Below the pieces are notes generated by a model. It worked only from the letters and a program-made list of their open reading frames with translations, was not told the origin of the DNA and ran no database searches. DNA of 44,174 nt from a virus: positions 1-44,174 of the IMG/VR virus record IMGVR_UViG_3300012683_000006. One strand, given 5' to 3'. Shown piece after piece: positions 32,713 through 41,319 of the stretch (its first letter is position 1; each line of letters begins with the position of its first letter). Both the position numbers and the translations under genes were made by a program.

Positions 32713-33126
32713 TCAGAACCTCACCTTCATCTGCGCCGCCACGACGGGGGAGATGTTGCCTACCTTCGGTAGGCCCATAATGTTGAGCCCGACATTCTTC
32801 CCCTCGTAAGACATCATCGGAGCAAGCATTGGAAACATCCCTCCGTGGTGCATGTCAGGATAGCCGTTGATCGCGCCCGCCATGAGGCCCGCCCGCAGGC
32901 CCTCGACGGAATCGAGCGGGCGCCCAAGCAGGGCCATCCCAAGATAGCGACTCTCCCGATCGACGCTGTTTCGGAAGAGCCCCGCAGCGACCTTCGCCCG
33001 CGGGGAGATATCATACTCTGCGCCGAGGCCGGTGTTGTTCTCATTGTAATTCGCCGCCCTGTCTGTATGATAAGACTGGAGGCCCGAGGGCGAGAGCCAA
33101 AGCTTGGAGGGATCGAAGGAGTCCAT
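32713..33126 (-). CDS. PagP-like outer-membrane beta-barrel candidate without signal peptide, 137 aa (alternative: tail-fibre chaperone)
   Basis: SYHTDR, NYNENNTGLGAEY, LFRNS, GL.AG and the terminal MKVRF line up with E. coli PagP TWHARF, RYNERPWGGGFGL, FKDS, GLGFTAG and MRFQF (from memory). C-terminal Phe. Confidence 0.35.
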   Translation of the reverse strand: MDSFDPSKLWLSPSGLQSYHTDRAANYNENNTGLGAEYDISPRAKVAAGLFRNSVDRESRYLGMALLGRPLDSVEGLRAGLMAGAINGYPDMHHGGMFPMLAPMMSYEGKNVGLNIMGLPKVGNISPVVAAQMKVRF

Positions 33127-34370
33127 CAGACGAGGGCGACGCTTTGGATTACACCAGCGTTGTTGTAATAGAGCTTAGTCGTCGCGCCACCAGTGTCTCG
33201 CCAAACCGTCCAACGCCCAGCTGCTAGATCAAGGGTTGTCGGGGCTGCACCACCAGAGCGGGCTATGCCATATACCCCTCCGGACCCTGAGCCAATAACA
33301 ACAGTGTCTGTTATACCATTGGTCGTGCCAAACCCCACCAGCCCCACATCAGCACCATTGTCATTCCTTCTGCCATTGATTACAGACGAGTAGGGAAGGT
33401 TTATGTTTCCAGTCAGGGCTGGGGTAGCCCCTTGCGATAGAAGGCCTGCTATGACAACGGCGGGCGTAATCGCCAGACTCCCCGCCGTGGTCGAGATGGT
33501 CGGGTTCCCGCCGTTCGAGCCGGTGACAGTGATGCTGCGGGTGGCGGAGGCGGTGTGGAGGATTTGAAACTGCGTTAAGACGGATCCAAAAATGTCGGTT
33601 ACAAATGAATGCGTCCCCGTCCCCTTACTCCCGAATTGTGTGCCAACGTTCGTTGAAGCCCCGGTTGAGTAGAGCTGGGCCGTCCCTGTGTTGCTCTGAA
33701 CCTGAAAGAAGTCAACGCCCGCAATATGTGCAACAACAAATCCTGTCGTCCCATTATTCGTCTTGAGCGACAGCGGTCCGGTGGTGCCGGAGTCGATGAT
33801 GGGGGTGAAGACGGAGGCTATACGATTAGCTGGCCCTCCAACGACAGCCGCATTGTCTGCCACAGGAAGTAATGAAAACGGCGAAGAGCCACTGAAGACC
33901 CAACGGGTTGCGCCAACTGTTTGAACGCCAAAATCAAGTACAGTAGTTGTCCCCACCAGCGGCGTCACCACGCTCATGGAGGCGGTGAGGGTCGGGACCG
34001 TAATCCCTGTGCCTGCGGGTATCACTAACCCCGTCGCGTCGAATCTTGCCCGCTGCACTCCCGCCACCGTCACCGCGAGCTCGCTCACCGCGCTTCGATA
34101 CAGCCCCGTCCCTGTATCCGAGACATTGATCGCGGGCGTCCCGACGCTTCCCGCAATGGCGGTGATCCCGACATTTGTTGCCCTGAACCCTCCGAAGGGT
34201 ATGTTCGCCGTCGCGACCTGCTGCCCGTCCTTAGTCAGGCAGAGAGAGAGCCCCGTCGCAATGTCGTTGATGACGTTGTTGTAGTGAGTGGACGATATAA
34301 CGGTCTGTGTGACCGCTGGGAAGTCCGCTCCAGGGGCCGAATAGACGCCTGCGCCGTTGAATGGAATGAT
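33126..34370 (-). CDS. Tail fibre protein, about 414 aa (non-canonical start: ATT 34367 or ATC 34370)
   Basis: The frame is open from 34376. The upstream 94 codons encode a typical fibre N-terminus (FPAVTQTVISSTHYNNVINDIATGLSLCLTKDGQQ) but have no in-frame ATG, GTG or TTG before 34088. AGGAG at 34378-34374. Confidence 0.7.
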   Translation of the reverse strand: MIPFNGAGVYSAPGADFPAVTQTVISSTHYNNVINDIATGLSLCLTKDGQQVATANIPFGGFRATNVGITAIAGSVGTPAINVSDTGTGLYRSAVSELAVTVAGVQRARFDATGLVIPAGTGITVPTLTASMSVVTPLVGTTTVLDFGVQTVGATRWVFSGSSPFSLLPVADNAAVVGGPANRIASVFTPIIDSGTTGPLSLKTNNGTTGFVVAHIAGVDFFQVQSNTGTAQLYSTGASTNVGTQFGSKGTGTHSFVTDIFGSVLTQFQILHTASATRSITVTGSNGGNPTISTTAGSLAITPAVVIAGLLSQGATPALTGNINLPYSSVINGRRNDNGADVGLVGFGTTNGITDTVVIGSGSGGVYGIARSGGAAPTTLDLAAGRWTVWRDTGGATTKLYYNNAGVIQSVALV

Positions 34371-34376
34371 ATTCTC

Positions 34377-36161
34377 CTAGTACTGTTGGGTGACAGCGGC
34401 CGCCGGTGCGCCCGAAACGATCGGGTAGCCTGTCCTTTGGAGGAGCTCGTCCACGAGCCGCTTCCGCACGGAGATTGGCTTGTCCGCCAAGGCGGCAGCA
34501 AGCTCTTGAGGATTGAGATACTGGTGGCCCGCCAAGGTCGTAACCCTGTCCTCAAGATTATGGCCGAGCTTCTTCGCAACCCAGTTAGCGATCATCGCGG
34601 GACGGGAGAGGAGGTTGGGCAGGAGATTGTCGGGCTGCATGCCCGCCCCGCCGAGGTTGGTCCCCCGAGCTAGGCGCTCGAACTGGGCCTTGCGCCCGAG
34701 GTCGGAGCCCACGGCGTTGACCGCTCCAAGCTGTTCTGGCGTTAGGATGTCTGCGAGGCTGCGGCTCGGCCCGCCAACCTCAGACTTGATCAGGCTCTCC
34801 GGACTCCGCACAGCACTAGCGTAGCTTGCGGCCCGCTCACTCGCTCCGAGGGGGGCGACGAGCTTGTCTTGGAGACCCTGGCCGACCTCCATCTGGTTTA
34901 TGGGCTTGCTCATCTCGGAGAAGCGGGCGCGGGCCGTAGCGTAGGCGGGGTTCTTGTCATCCATCCACGCGGTGAGCTTGGCCTTCACACCTTGGACCGC
35001 TTCCTTCTCCGTCGAGGCAAGCGCCGTGTCCCCCGTCCGGGAGAGCTGTTTGTCTAGCCCAACCTTGACATAGTGGAGGAACTGGGTTAGGTTATCCTTC
35101 GCGTTAATCCCTTTCGATGCCGCAAGGTCGATAGCGTCAGGGATCGCTCGCTTGAAGAATGGGTCCCCTGCGAGCTTGGCGAGCTCGGGGGTAGCCCGTA
35201 CAGTCTCCGCAAAGGCCTTGCCGTAGTTAGTTGCAGCCTCGCCCGCCCGTGCAGCCTCCGCCGCCGCGAGGTCCGCGGGTGTCTTGGCAATATCCCCGAT
35301 GGCTGCAGCCCGCGCAGCCTCCTGTTCCCCAGCCCGAGCGACGAACTGGCCCGACACCGCAGGGGCTGTGGACACTGCCTTCTGGTGTGCTGCGAGGGCG
35401 GAGGCCTCAGGGATGCCCGCCGTCGCCTCGCCTGCCGTCGGGGCGGACCCAGGTACGAGCTCGCGGGCGGAGGCTAGAGCCTGTGCGACCTTCTGTTTGG
35501 CTGGGCCGAGGAGCTTGTCTTGGAACCGTCCGAGGATGGCCTCCGGCCCGCCCGGAAGGATGGGCTCGACAGCCTTGTAAGCTGTGCTGAACAATCCCTT
35601 TGTGAGGGCGCCCGCGGGTGGCAGGACCGCCCCTACGGCTGCGCCCGTCCCGGTCTGGAGACCTTTCTCCTTCCAGAAGTCACCCTTGCCCTCTGTTGGC
35701 GTCAGCGCCCCTGCCGTTGCTCCTGTTGCGGCGCTCCCCACAGCCTTCTGGAGGAGGCCCGCTCCCGCAGGAATAAGCTTCCCCACCTTGAGCACGGCGG
35801 GCGAGGCGACCTGCCCCGCTATCCCCGCGATGTCGAGGCCCTTGTCCCCATAGGCTTCGCGCCCGCGACCGATCAGTTCTCCTGTCGCCTTCGCACTCTC
35901 CCCTCCAGGCAGGCCGAGGTGGGAGCCGAGCTCGAGCAGGCCCCGGGCGGGTTCGAGGAGGAAGCGGCCCGGAGCGCTGCCCGCGAGGAGCTCAGCGGGC
36001 GTAGCCCCTGCAGTAGCCCGAGCCCCTGTCGAGATCGGGTCGGAGGCAATGCGCTCAGCAGGAGCCTGATTCATCCTCCCCACGCGGGCGATAAGCTCCG
36101 TCTGGGTTGTGCCCTCTGGCACGTTAGTTACGACTGTTCCGTCAGGGAGGCGAACGTCCAT
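34377..36161 (-). CDS. Internal virion / ejection protein, 594 aa
   Basis: N-terminus MDVRLPDGTVVTNVPEGTTQTELI, Ala/Gly-rich helical body, located in the tail module. Confidence 0.55.
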   Translation of the reverse strand: MDVRLPDGTVVTNVPEGTTQTELIARVGRMNQAPAERIASDPISTGARATAGATPAELLAGSAPGRFLLEPARGLLELGSHLGLPGGESAKATGELIGRGREAYGDKGLDIAGIAGQVASPAVLKVGKLIPAGAGLLQKAVGSAATGATAGALTPTEGKGDFWKEKGLQTGTGAAVGAVLPPAGALTKGLFSTAYKAVEPILPGGPEAILGRFQDKLLGPAKQKVAQALASARELVPGSAPTAGEATAGIPEASALAAHQKAVSTAPAVSGQFVARAGEQEAARAAAIGDIAKTPADLAAAEAARAGEAATNYGKAFAETVRATPELAKLAGDPFFKRAIPDAIDLAASKGINAKDNLTQFLHYVKVGLDKQLSRTGDTALASTEKEAVQGVKAKLTAWMDDKNPAYATARARFSEMSKPINQMEVGQGLQDKLVAPLGASERAASYASAVRSPESLIKSEVGGPSRSLADILTPEQLGAVNAVGSDLGRKAQFERLARGTNLGGAGMQPDNLLPNLLSRPAMIANWVAKKLGHNLEDRVTTLAGHQYLNPQELAAALADKPISVRKRLVDELLQRTGYPIVSGAPAAAVTQQY

Positions 36162-37450
36162 TATTTGGGCAAGCTGTTGAAGTCAATCACGCCGCCGGGC
36201 TGGTCCGATGCCCGGCGTTGCGGACGGCCCGCAGCAGTCAGCCCCTCCTGTGTAAGGAACTTGTCGAAGTCTTGCTTCCCCGTCGAGGCGATATACTGCT
36301 GTCGCAAGCCGCTAAGCTGTCCCTTCATAAGGTCACGATACTTCGCCATAACCTGCTTAAGCTGCTCAGGGCTGTTGGCGCGGGAGATTGTGTTCGCTGC
36401 TTCTTCCCGATCCGCTACGCCTCCACCTCCACCAATGACGGCCTTCACAATCTCGTCCCCGACGATCTTCTTAATCGCGGAGAACTCCGTCGGAGCGGGC
36501 TGCCCGAGCTGCTCGGAGACATAGTTATAGAGCTGATTGCCCGGGCGGAAGCTCATGTTTCCAAGGTTCTCTGCCGCCTTATCGAGCGTGTCGAGGTGAT
36601 TCAATGCAACATTGAAGGAGCGGATTGTGTTCCCTTGCTTGCCTGACGCGAAGGCGACCTCCGCTAGCTTCCCTGTGTTGAAGACCTTGGAATCATAGCC
36701 TGGGTTGATCTCTAGTACTCGGCGCATCACGGCAGCTCCGCCTGGCGCCCTCATGCTATAACCTTCGATGGGCTTGGCTCGGTAGCTCGCAATGAGCTGG
36801 GCGTTGGCTTCGAGATCTTCGGGCGTCGGGACACGGTTCGGGTCGAGGGTCTTCTTGAGAGGCTCTGTCTGGGTGTAAGGATTGACAGGGGTGATCTCCC
36901 CTCCAGTGTTCTCGAAGGCCATCTTGACGGGCTTCGGGATTGCTCCTTCGGGAGGGTTGCTTGGGTCGTACCACTTGGTTACAGGCGTCCCTTCTGGCGA
37001 GGTCGACTCGTATGGATGATATACTGGGCGGGGCGCAATCTGCCGCTCGAGCAGTTTCTCCGAGATCGCCTTGAGAGCAGGCCACTGCGATGCGACCTGC
37101 GAGGCTTCGTCGAACTTGCCCTGTCCGGTCAGGTCCGTGACCTGTTTCGTTGCGCCACGCAGGCCCTCGGAGTAGCGGTTCGCGAGCGCAGCCTCCCCTT
37201 GATCCACGCCGCTCCCTGCTCCCACTCCCAAGCCCATCTGGGCAACATGGGACAGGCCCGCGAGCGGGCTCATGGGCACAGGTATCCCACCGTAGCCTGT
37301 TGGCTGCTGCATGGGCTGCATCGCCCGAAGCATGAGCATGTCGGCAAGGGCCCGCCGACGGTGGAGGCTTGCCGCCTCGCCTTGGAGCTCGGGCGGGTAG
37401 GGGCTGACGGATAGGCCGGGTGTACGAGGGTCGAGGATGTCAGAGGCCAT
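36161..37450 (-). CDS. Internal virion / ejection protein, 429 aa
   Basis: Large late-operon ORF between other ejection-type proteins. Confidence 0.5.
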   Translation of the reverse strand: MASDILDPRTPGLSVSPYPPELQGEAASLHRRRALADMLMLRAMQPMQQPTGYGGIPVPMSPLAGLSHVAQMGLGVGAGSGVDQGEAALANRYSEGLRGATKQVTDLTGQGKFDEASQVASQWPALKAISEKLLERQIAPRPVYHPYESTSPEGTPVTKWYDPSNPPEGAIPKPVKMAFENTGGEITPVNPYTQTEPLKKTLDPNRVPTPEDLEANAQLIASYRAKPIEGYSMRAPGGAAVMRRVLEINPGYDSKVFNTGKLAEVAFASGKQGNTIRSFNVALNHLDTLDKAAENLGNMSFRPGNQLYNYVSEQLGQPAPTEFSAIKKIVGDEIVKAVIGGGGGVADREEAANTISRANSPEQLKQVMAKYRDLMKGQLSGLRQQYIASTGKQDFDKFLTQEGLTAAGRPQRRASDQPGGVIDFNSLPK

Positions 37451-37464
37451 ATGTCGTGACCGAA

Positions 37465-37482
37465 TATGATACCATATCCATT
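37465..37482 (+). promoter_or_regulatory. Conserved element copy 4; read on the minus strand it gives TGG-TATCAT 15 nt upstream of the 37450 ATG
   Basis: TATGATACCATATCCATT, with 17 of 18 nt matching copy 3. Lies in the only sizeable gap (37451-37501) of the tail operon. Confidence 0.5.
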
Positions 37483-37501
37483 GACGGGTTCACTAAGATT
37501 T

Positions 37502-38530
37502 TCATGCTGCAGCCGCAGTTCCAAGCATGCTGTATAGCGCCCCTGTCCCGAGCAGCCCATACAACCCGCCCATCTGGCTATTGTACTGCCCCGCCCCGAT
37601 ACCATACTGCTGCATCGCAGCGTTGGCTTGATTCGCGGCAGCGCCAGTATAGTCCACCCCGCCAATGCCCTGCCCGCTAGGCGCTCCTGGGAACGAAGGC
37701 ATCCCAACCTGCCCGCCGCCTTGGAGGGCACTGATCATGTTGAGAGGGAGTTGACGCTTCGAAAGAGCCTCCGAGACGGCTTGCTGGCGGCTCGACAGTC
37801 CCATTCCATAGTCTCGGGAGACCTCGGCCCCGGCCTGAGAGGCCGCAGCGTCGCGGGCATCCGCATAGGCCCGCTGCTTCGATAGGTTGAAATCTCCCAT
37901 CGAGCGAGAGAATCCCTCCGTCCCTGTCTGGAATCCTTGGTTTGCAAGGCGCGTCCGTTCGGCATCCTCCGCCTGGGAGAACTGTGGATCGAGGTAACGG
38001 GCGCTCCGTCCATAGATCGCGTCCGAGACATTCTGCCGCGTCGTGTTGAGCTGATCGCCCGAGGGGAGCTGCGGCATCCCACTGTAGTCAATGGGCGAGG
38101 CGTCCAGCCCGCTAATGAGCTTGCCCGCCGCAGTGCCGCTCTGTTGCTGGTTCTGTTGCTGCTGGTTGAAGATGGCTTGCTGCTCGGGCGAGAGCGTAAC
38201 GGTCGAGGTGAACTGGGGGATGTCGAAGCCAGTGCCTGATTGGCCTGTAGCCGTCCGGTGTGCCTGCTCAGCCTGCCACCGGGACTGCTCGAACGGGCTT
38301 AGGCCCTCTGGCATTGTTGCCGCGGCAGGCGCTCCTGCTGATCCAGGTGATATCCCACCCGGCCCGACATGCGTTGTCCCCGTCTGGTTAAACGCGAGGG
38401 AGCCCCAAGGAGTATTCGCCCCCTGCATTCCCATCAACCGCTGTACAATCGCAGCGGTGATGTTGCTTTGGCCAGTCTGGGCCGCCGCCCCGGTAAAGTC
38501 AGGCGGCTGCGGCGTGTCTGGTTTTGACAT
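37502..38530 (-). CDS. Internal virion protein, Gln/Gly/Ala-rich, 342 aa
   Basis: GGAGAG-N3-ATG at 38530. Low-complexity Q/G-rich sequence with a hydrophobic C-terminus. Confidence 0.5.
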   Translation of the reverse strand: MSKPDTPQPPDFTGAAAQTGQSNITAAIVQRLMGMQGANTPWGSLAFNQTGTTHVGPGGISPGSAGAPAAATMPEGLSPFEQSRWQAEQAHRTATGQSGTGFDIPQFTSTVTLSPEQQAIFNQQQQNQQQSGTAAGKLISGLDASPIDYSGMPQLPSGDQLNTTRQNVSDAIYGRSARYLDPQFSQAEDAERTRLANQGFQTGTEGFSRSMGDFNLSKQRAYADARDAAASQAGAEVSRDYGMGLSSRQQAVSEALSKRQLPLNMISALQGGGQVGMPSFPGAPSGQGIGGVDYTGAAANQANAAMQQYGIGAGQYNSQMGGLYGLLGTGALYSMLGTAAAA

Positions 38531-38978
38531 CGGACTCTCCAATCCAGCGGCATTCCCGCCGCAGCATTCCATATGCGATTAGAGCATCTCCTGTCGGGAG
38601 TGCTTCCCTCAAAATCCCCTCCTCGACAAAGCCGAGGTGGGTGACGAGCTTGCGTAGGCGGATGTTCGAGCGGGCGACGAGGGCTGTGACTCGGTCGCAG
38701 TCGAGCTGGACGAACGGGTAGCCGAAAATGTGGGAGAGGAAGTCTGGCGTACACCACACCCGCCCAGGCTCCGCCGCCACATGCATCCAGATGTCGGGCT
38801 TGTCATAATGGTTATAGACAAGGACGGCGATAGGAAGGAGGCCCGACACCCGCGCCACGAGGCTTGAGCGACTCCAGTCCTCACTGACCCGACGCCCTGT
38901 GCGGGCACAGAACCACGCGAGGAGGGCGAGCCGCGGCTCCGTCAGCATGACATCCCCATTGCGAAGGACGCCGTTCAT
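38499..38978 (-). CDS. GNAT-family N-acetyltransferase (RimJ/RimL-like), 159 aa
   Basis: GYPFVQLDCDRVTALVARSNIRLRKLVTHLGFVEEGILREA. ATGA coupling to the upstream tail gene. Confidence 0.6.
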   Translation of the reverse strand: MNGVLRNGDVMLTEPRLALLAWFCARTGRRVSEDWSRSSLVARVSGLLPIAVLVYNHYDKPDIWMHVAAEPGRVWCTPDFLSHIFGYPFVQLDCDRVTALVARSNIRLRKLVTHLGFVEEGILREALPTGDALIAYGMLRRECRWIGESDVKTRHAAAA

Positions 38979-40579
38979 GTTACCATCCCTGTTCCACGCT
39001 GGAGCACAAAGTCTGTCGAGGGCCACTGTATCCCGACTTGGTTCGTTGCGACCCGAAGCAAGAGGGCAAAACAGAATCCTGGCATCACCGCGGCTGTTTT
39101 CCAGTCCTTCTGGAGGATGAAATCTGTACTCCAGACATCGACATCCCAGATCGCCGTGTCCCACAGCGCTGTCGCCCCCACGGTGTAGGTCGCGAGGCCC
39201 GTGGGTTGACTATCCCCGAAGTCGGCATCCACCCCAATGAGGAAGCCCACCGGTCCGGTAAGGTTGAATATCGGGCGAACGAGCTTGAGCTCCTTTTGGT
39301 CATCCGACCCGAAGTAGTTAAATGCTTGCTTCACATCGACGACGATGTTTGTCCCGAAGTCGGACGGCCCAGTCCAAGCCTTCGCCGTGCCATTGGAGCC
39401 GCTGCGACAGAAGTACAGCTCCCCATTGAACACAATGAAGCACTCCGCATCCCACCCGCTGAACTGGCACCACTTCTTGGTGATGGTGTTCATGACATAC
39501 TGCTGATGAGTGCCACCTTCGGCGTTGGGGATGTTGACGATAAGGGCGGACTGCCCAAGATACACCGTAGTCTCCCACCCGAACGCGCTTTGGTAGAGGC
39601 GGGCCGCGGTGGTGAAGGCTTGTTCGATCATATTGGTAAGGGCACGGACCCTGTCAATCGCCGCTGTCAGGAGGGCGGCGGACAGCGGGAATGCCCCATT
39701 CTCTGTCAGCAGAACCATGTCCCCGCCGAACTTGACAAAGCAGCGTCGCCCGATCGGGCGCCCGACGAAGTACACGCCGACGAGGCTCCAGTCCGTCGAG
39801 CTAGCGGGATTCGAGCCGCGGAACACAGCGGCCTCCCCCTCCGAGGTCACAAACACGGCGAGATCGTCCGACCCAGTCCCGCTGTCAATGGTCCAAGTCC
39901 CCATCGCCATGACGAATCCCCCCCGAGAGAAGATCGAATTCATCTGGAATTCGACCGCTGCCCCGCCAAGGACGGCGGGCGGGAGATACCAAAACGAGAG
40001 TTTCGACTTCTCTATGAAGAACAGGCGGAACTTGAAGATGTTGACGTGGATGATGTTCGACGTTGTCACTCCGGTGACGGCGTGGGCCGAGCCCCCATCC
40101 ACACTCTCCCAGGTCGCGCCGTCGTAGTAGAGCATCTTGTCCGTGCCATTCACCGCGATGAGGAACTCCGAGCCCGACGCCACAGCGAAGTTGACCCACT
40201 GGAGCTTGCCGTTCGTGCAGGTCGCGGTCTCAGCAGCAGGCGCCGCCCCCGACGCGCTCACGTTGTAGATACCAGACGCTGTGCCCGCGAACAGCTTGTT
40301 CGACCCTGTCGGACCATTCCAAGCCATCAAGCTCTTGCCGCGGGCAGCCATCCCGGTGGTGAAGTCGGTCGCTCCACCCCTAACCTCACAGTAGGTCGGG
40401 CGGGGGAAGATATTGGTCAGGCGGATAGCCTCGTTCTCTTTCATATCCGCGAGGGCGTCCCGGGCGTTCCAGCCTCCAACGGGCGCCGTAACAGACCTCG
40501 TCGAGTTGATCGACCCTGTGAGGCTCTCGCGGGCCGTCACAGGCATCCGACGCTCAAGCTGCTGGACGGCGGTTCTCAT
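38975..40579 (-). CDS. Tail hub / nozzle-type protein, 534 aa
   Basis: Large beta-rich late protein downstream of the putative adaptor. Loosely reminiscent of P22 gp10-type proteins. Confidence 0.4.
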   Translation of the reverse strand: MRTAVQQLERRMPVTARESLTGSINSTRSVTAPVGGWNARDALADMKENEAIRLTNIFPRPTYCEVRGGATDFTTGMAARGKSLMAWNGPTGSNKLFAGTASGIYNVSASGAAPAAETATCTNGKLQWVNFAVASGSEFLIAVNGTDKMLYYDGATWESVDGGSAHAVTGVTTSNIIHVNIFKFRLFFIEKSKLSFWYLPPAVLGGAAVEFQMNSIFSRGGFVMAMGTWTIDSGTGSDDLAVFVTSEGEAAVFRGSNPASSTDWSLVGVYFVGRPIGRRCFVKFGGDMVLLTENGAFPLSAALLTAAIDRVRALTNMIEQAFTTAARLYQSAFGWETTVYLGQSALIVNIPNAEGGTHQQYVMNTITKKWCQFSGWDAECFIVFNGELYFCRSGSNGTAKAWTGPSDFGTNIVVDVKQAFNYFGSDDQKELKLVRPIFNLTGPVGFLIGVDADFGDSQPTGLATYTVGATALWDTAIWDVDVWSTDFILQKDWKTAAVMPGFCFALLLRVATNQVGIQWPSTDFVLQRGTGMVT

Positions 40580-41316
40580 GGCGGGATGGTGCTCATAAGG
40601 GGGATGGTGATGGATGGACGGAAGCCCTCGTAGCCGCCCGCTAGGCTCAACGTCCGACCCGGCCTCTCGCGGGCGAGTTGGTCCTTCACGAGGTCCTCAT
40701 AGGAATTGAAGTCCTCCGCATAGGCAAAGCCCTTCGTCTTGAGCCACCGCCAAGTCATCCCCGCGAGGACGATATCGTCCTGGAGCCTGATCGTGTCAGT
40801 GTCGTTGGCGAAGCGCGAAGCCCCACTCGTCGCCACTCCGAGCAGGTTGATGAAGTTGCTCGTGATGTACTCGAAGGCGACGGTGTGGCCCGCGGTGAGG
40901 GCGGGGATGGTGATGAGCTGGTCTCCTCGGAACCTGAACTGGCTATAGGGTCCCGTAATCCCCATCGTCTTGAGGTAGGCCCAAAGCTGCGGATCGAGGG
41001 AGCCACAAATCGGGATGCGCTGGGTGCGGTCCCAGAGGATCTCGGGCAGCATATAGCGATAGCCGTTGAGGGCGGCGGGCGAGGAGCCAAAGCCCGCCGC
41101 GATAGTGCCCTGAGATTCCGTGCCGAGCGCGGTGAAGGTATATTCATTGAGCAAGGTCTGCCACGGCCCGCGGGCCGCCAGTGCGATACACTCCTCCTCC
41201 AGCGTCCGGAGGAACTGCAAGACCCCGGCGTCCGTGCTCCCCATCACAGAGGTCGGGACGGGGAGCCCGCGCCTTCCGGCGAACTCCTTGCAGGTCTGGA
41301 GGAGGGTGGCGGTCAT
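40576..41316 (-). CDS. Putative head-tail adaptor / tail tubular protein, 246 aa
   Basis: Called from position and ATGA coupling to the 534-aa protein. Confidence 0.35.
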   Translation of the reverse strand: MTATLLQTCKEFAGRRGLPVPTSVMGSTDAGVLQFLRTLEEECIALAARGPWQTLLNEYTFTALGTESQGTIAAGFGSSPAALNGYRYMLPEILWDRTQRIPICGSLDPQLWAYLKTMGITGPYSQFRFRGDQLITIPALTAGHTVAFEYITSNFINLLGVATSGASRFANDTDTIRLQDDIVLAGMTWRWLKTKGFAYAEDFNSYEDLVKDQLARERPGRTLSLAGGYEGFRPSITIPLMSTIPP

Positions 41317-41319
41317 GGG

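Noticed and set aside
34377-34379. Idea that TAG is reassigned genome-wide (amber recoding).
   Set aside because: TAG terminates the capsid gene (42774), the decoration gene (42022), gene 10563-11150 and the last early gene (29239). Each is followed by non-coding DNA, an RBS or a frame change. TGA and TAA are also used normally.
10142-37482. Reading the four-copy element as a T7-like phage-RNAP promoter or as invertase (hix-like) sites.
   Set aside because: No single-subunit RNA polymerase or serine or tyrosine recombinase gene is present in the 44 kb.
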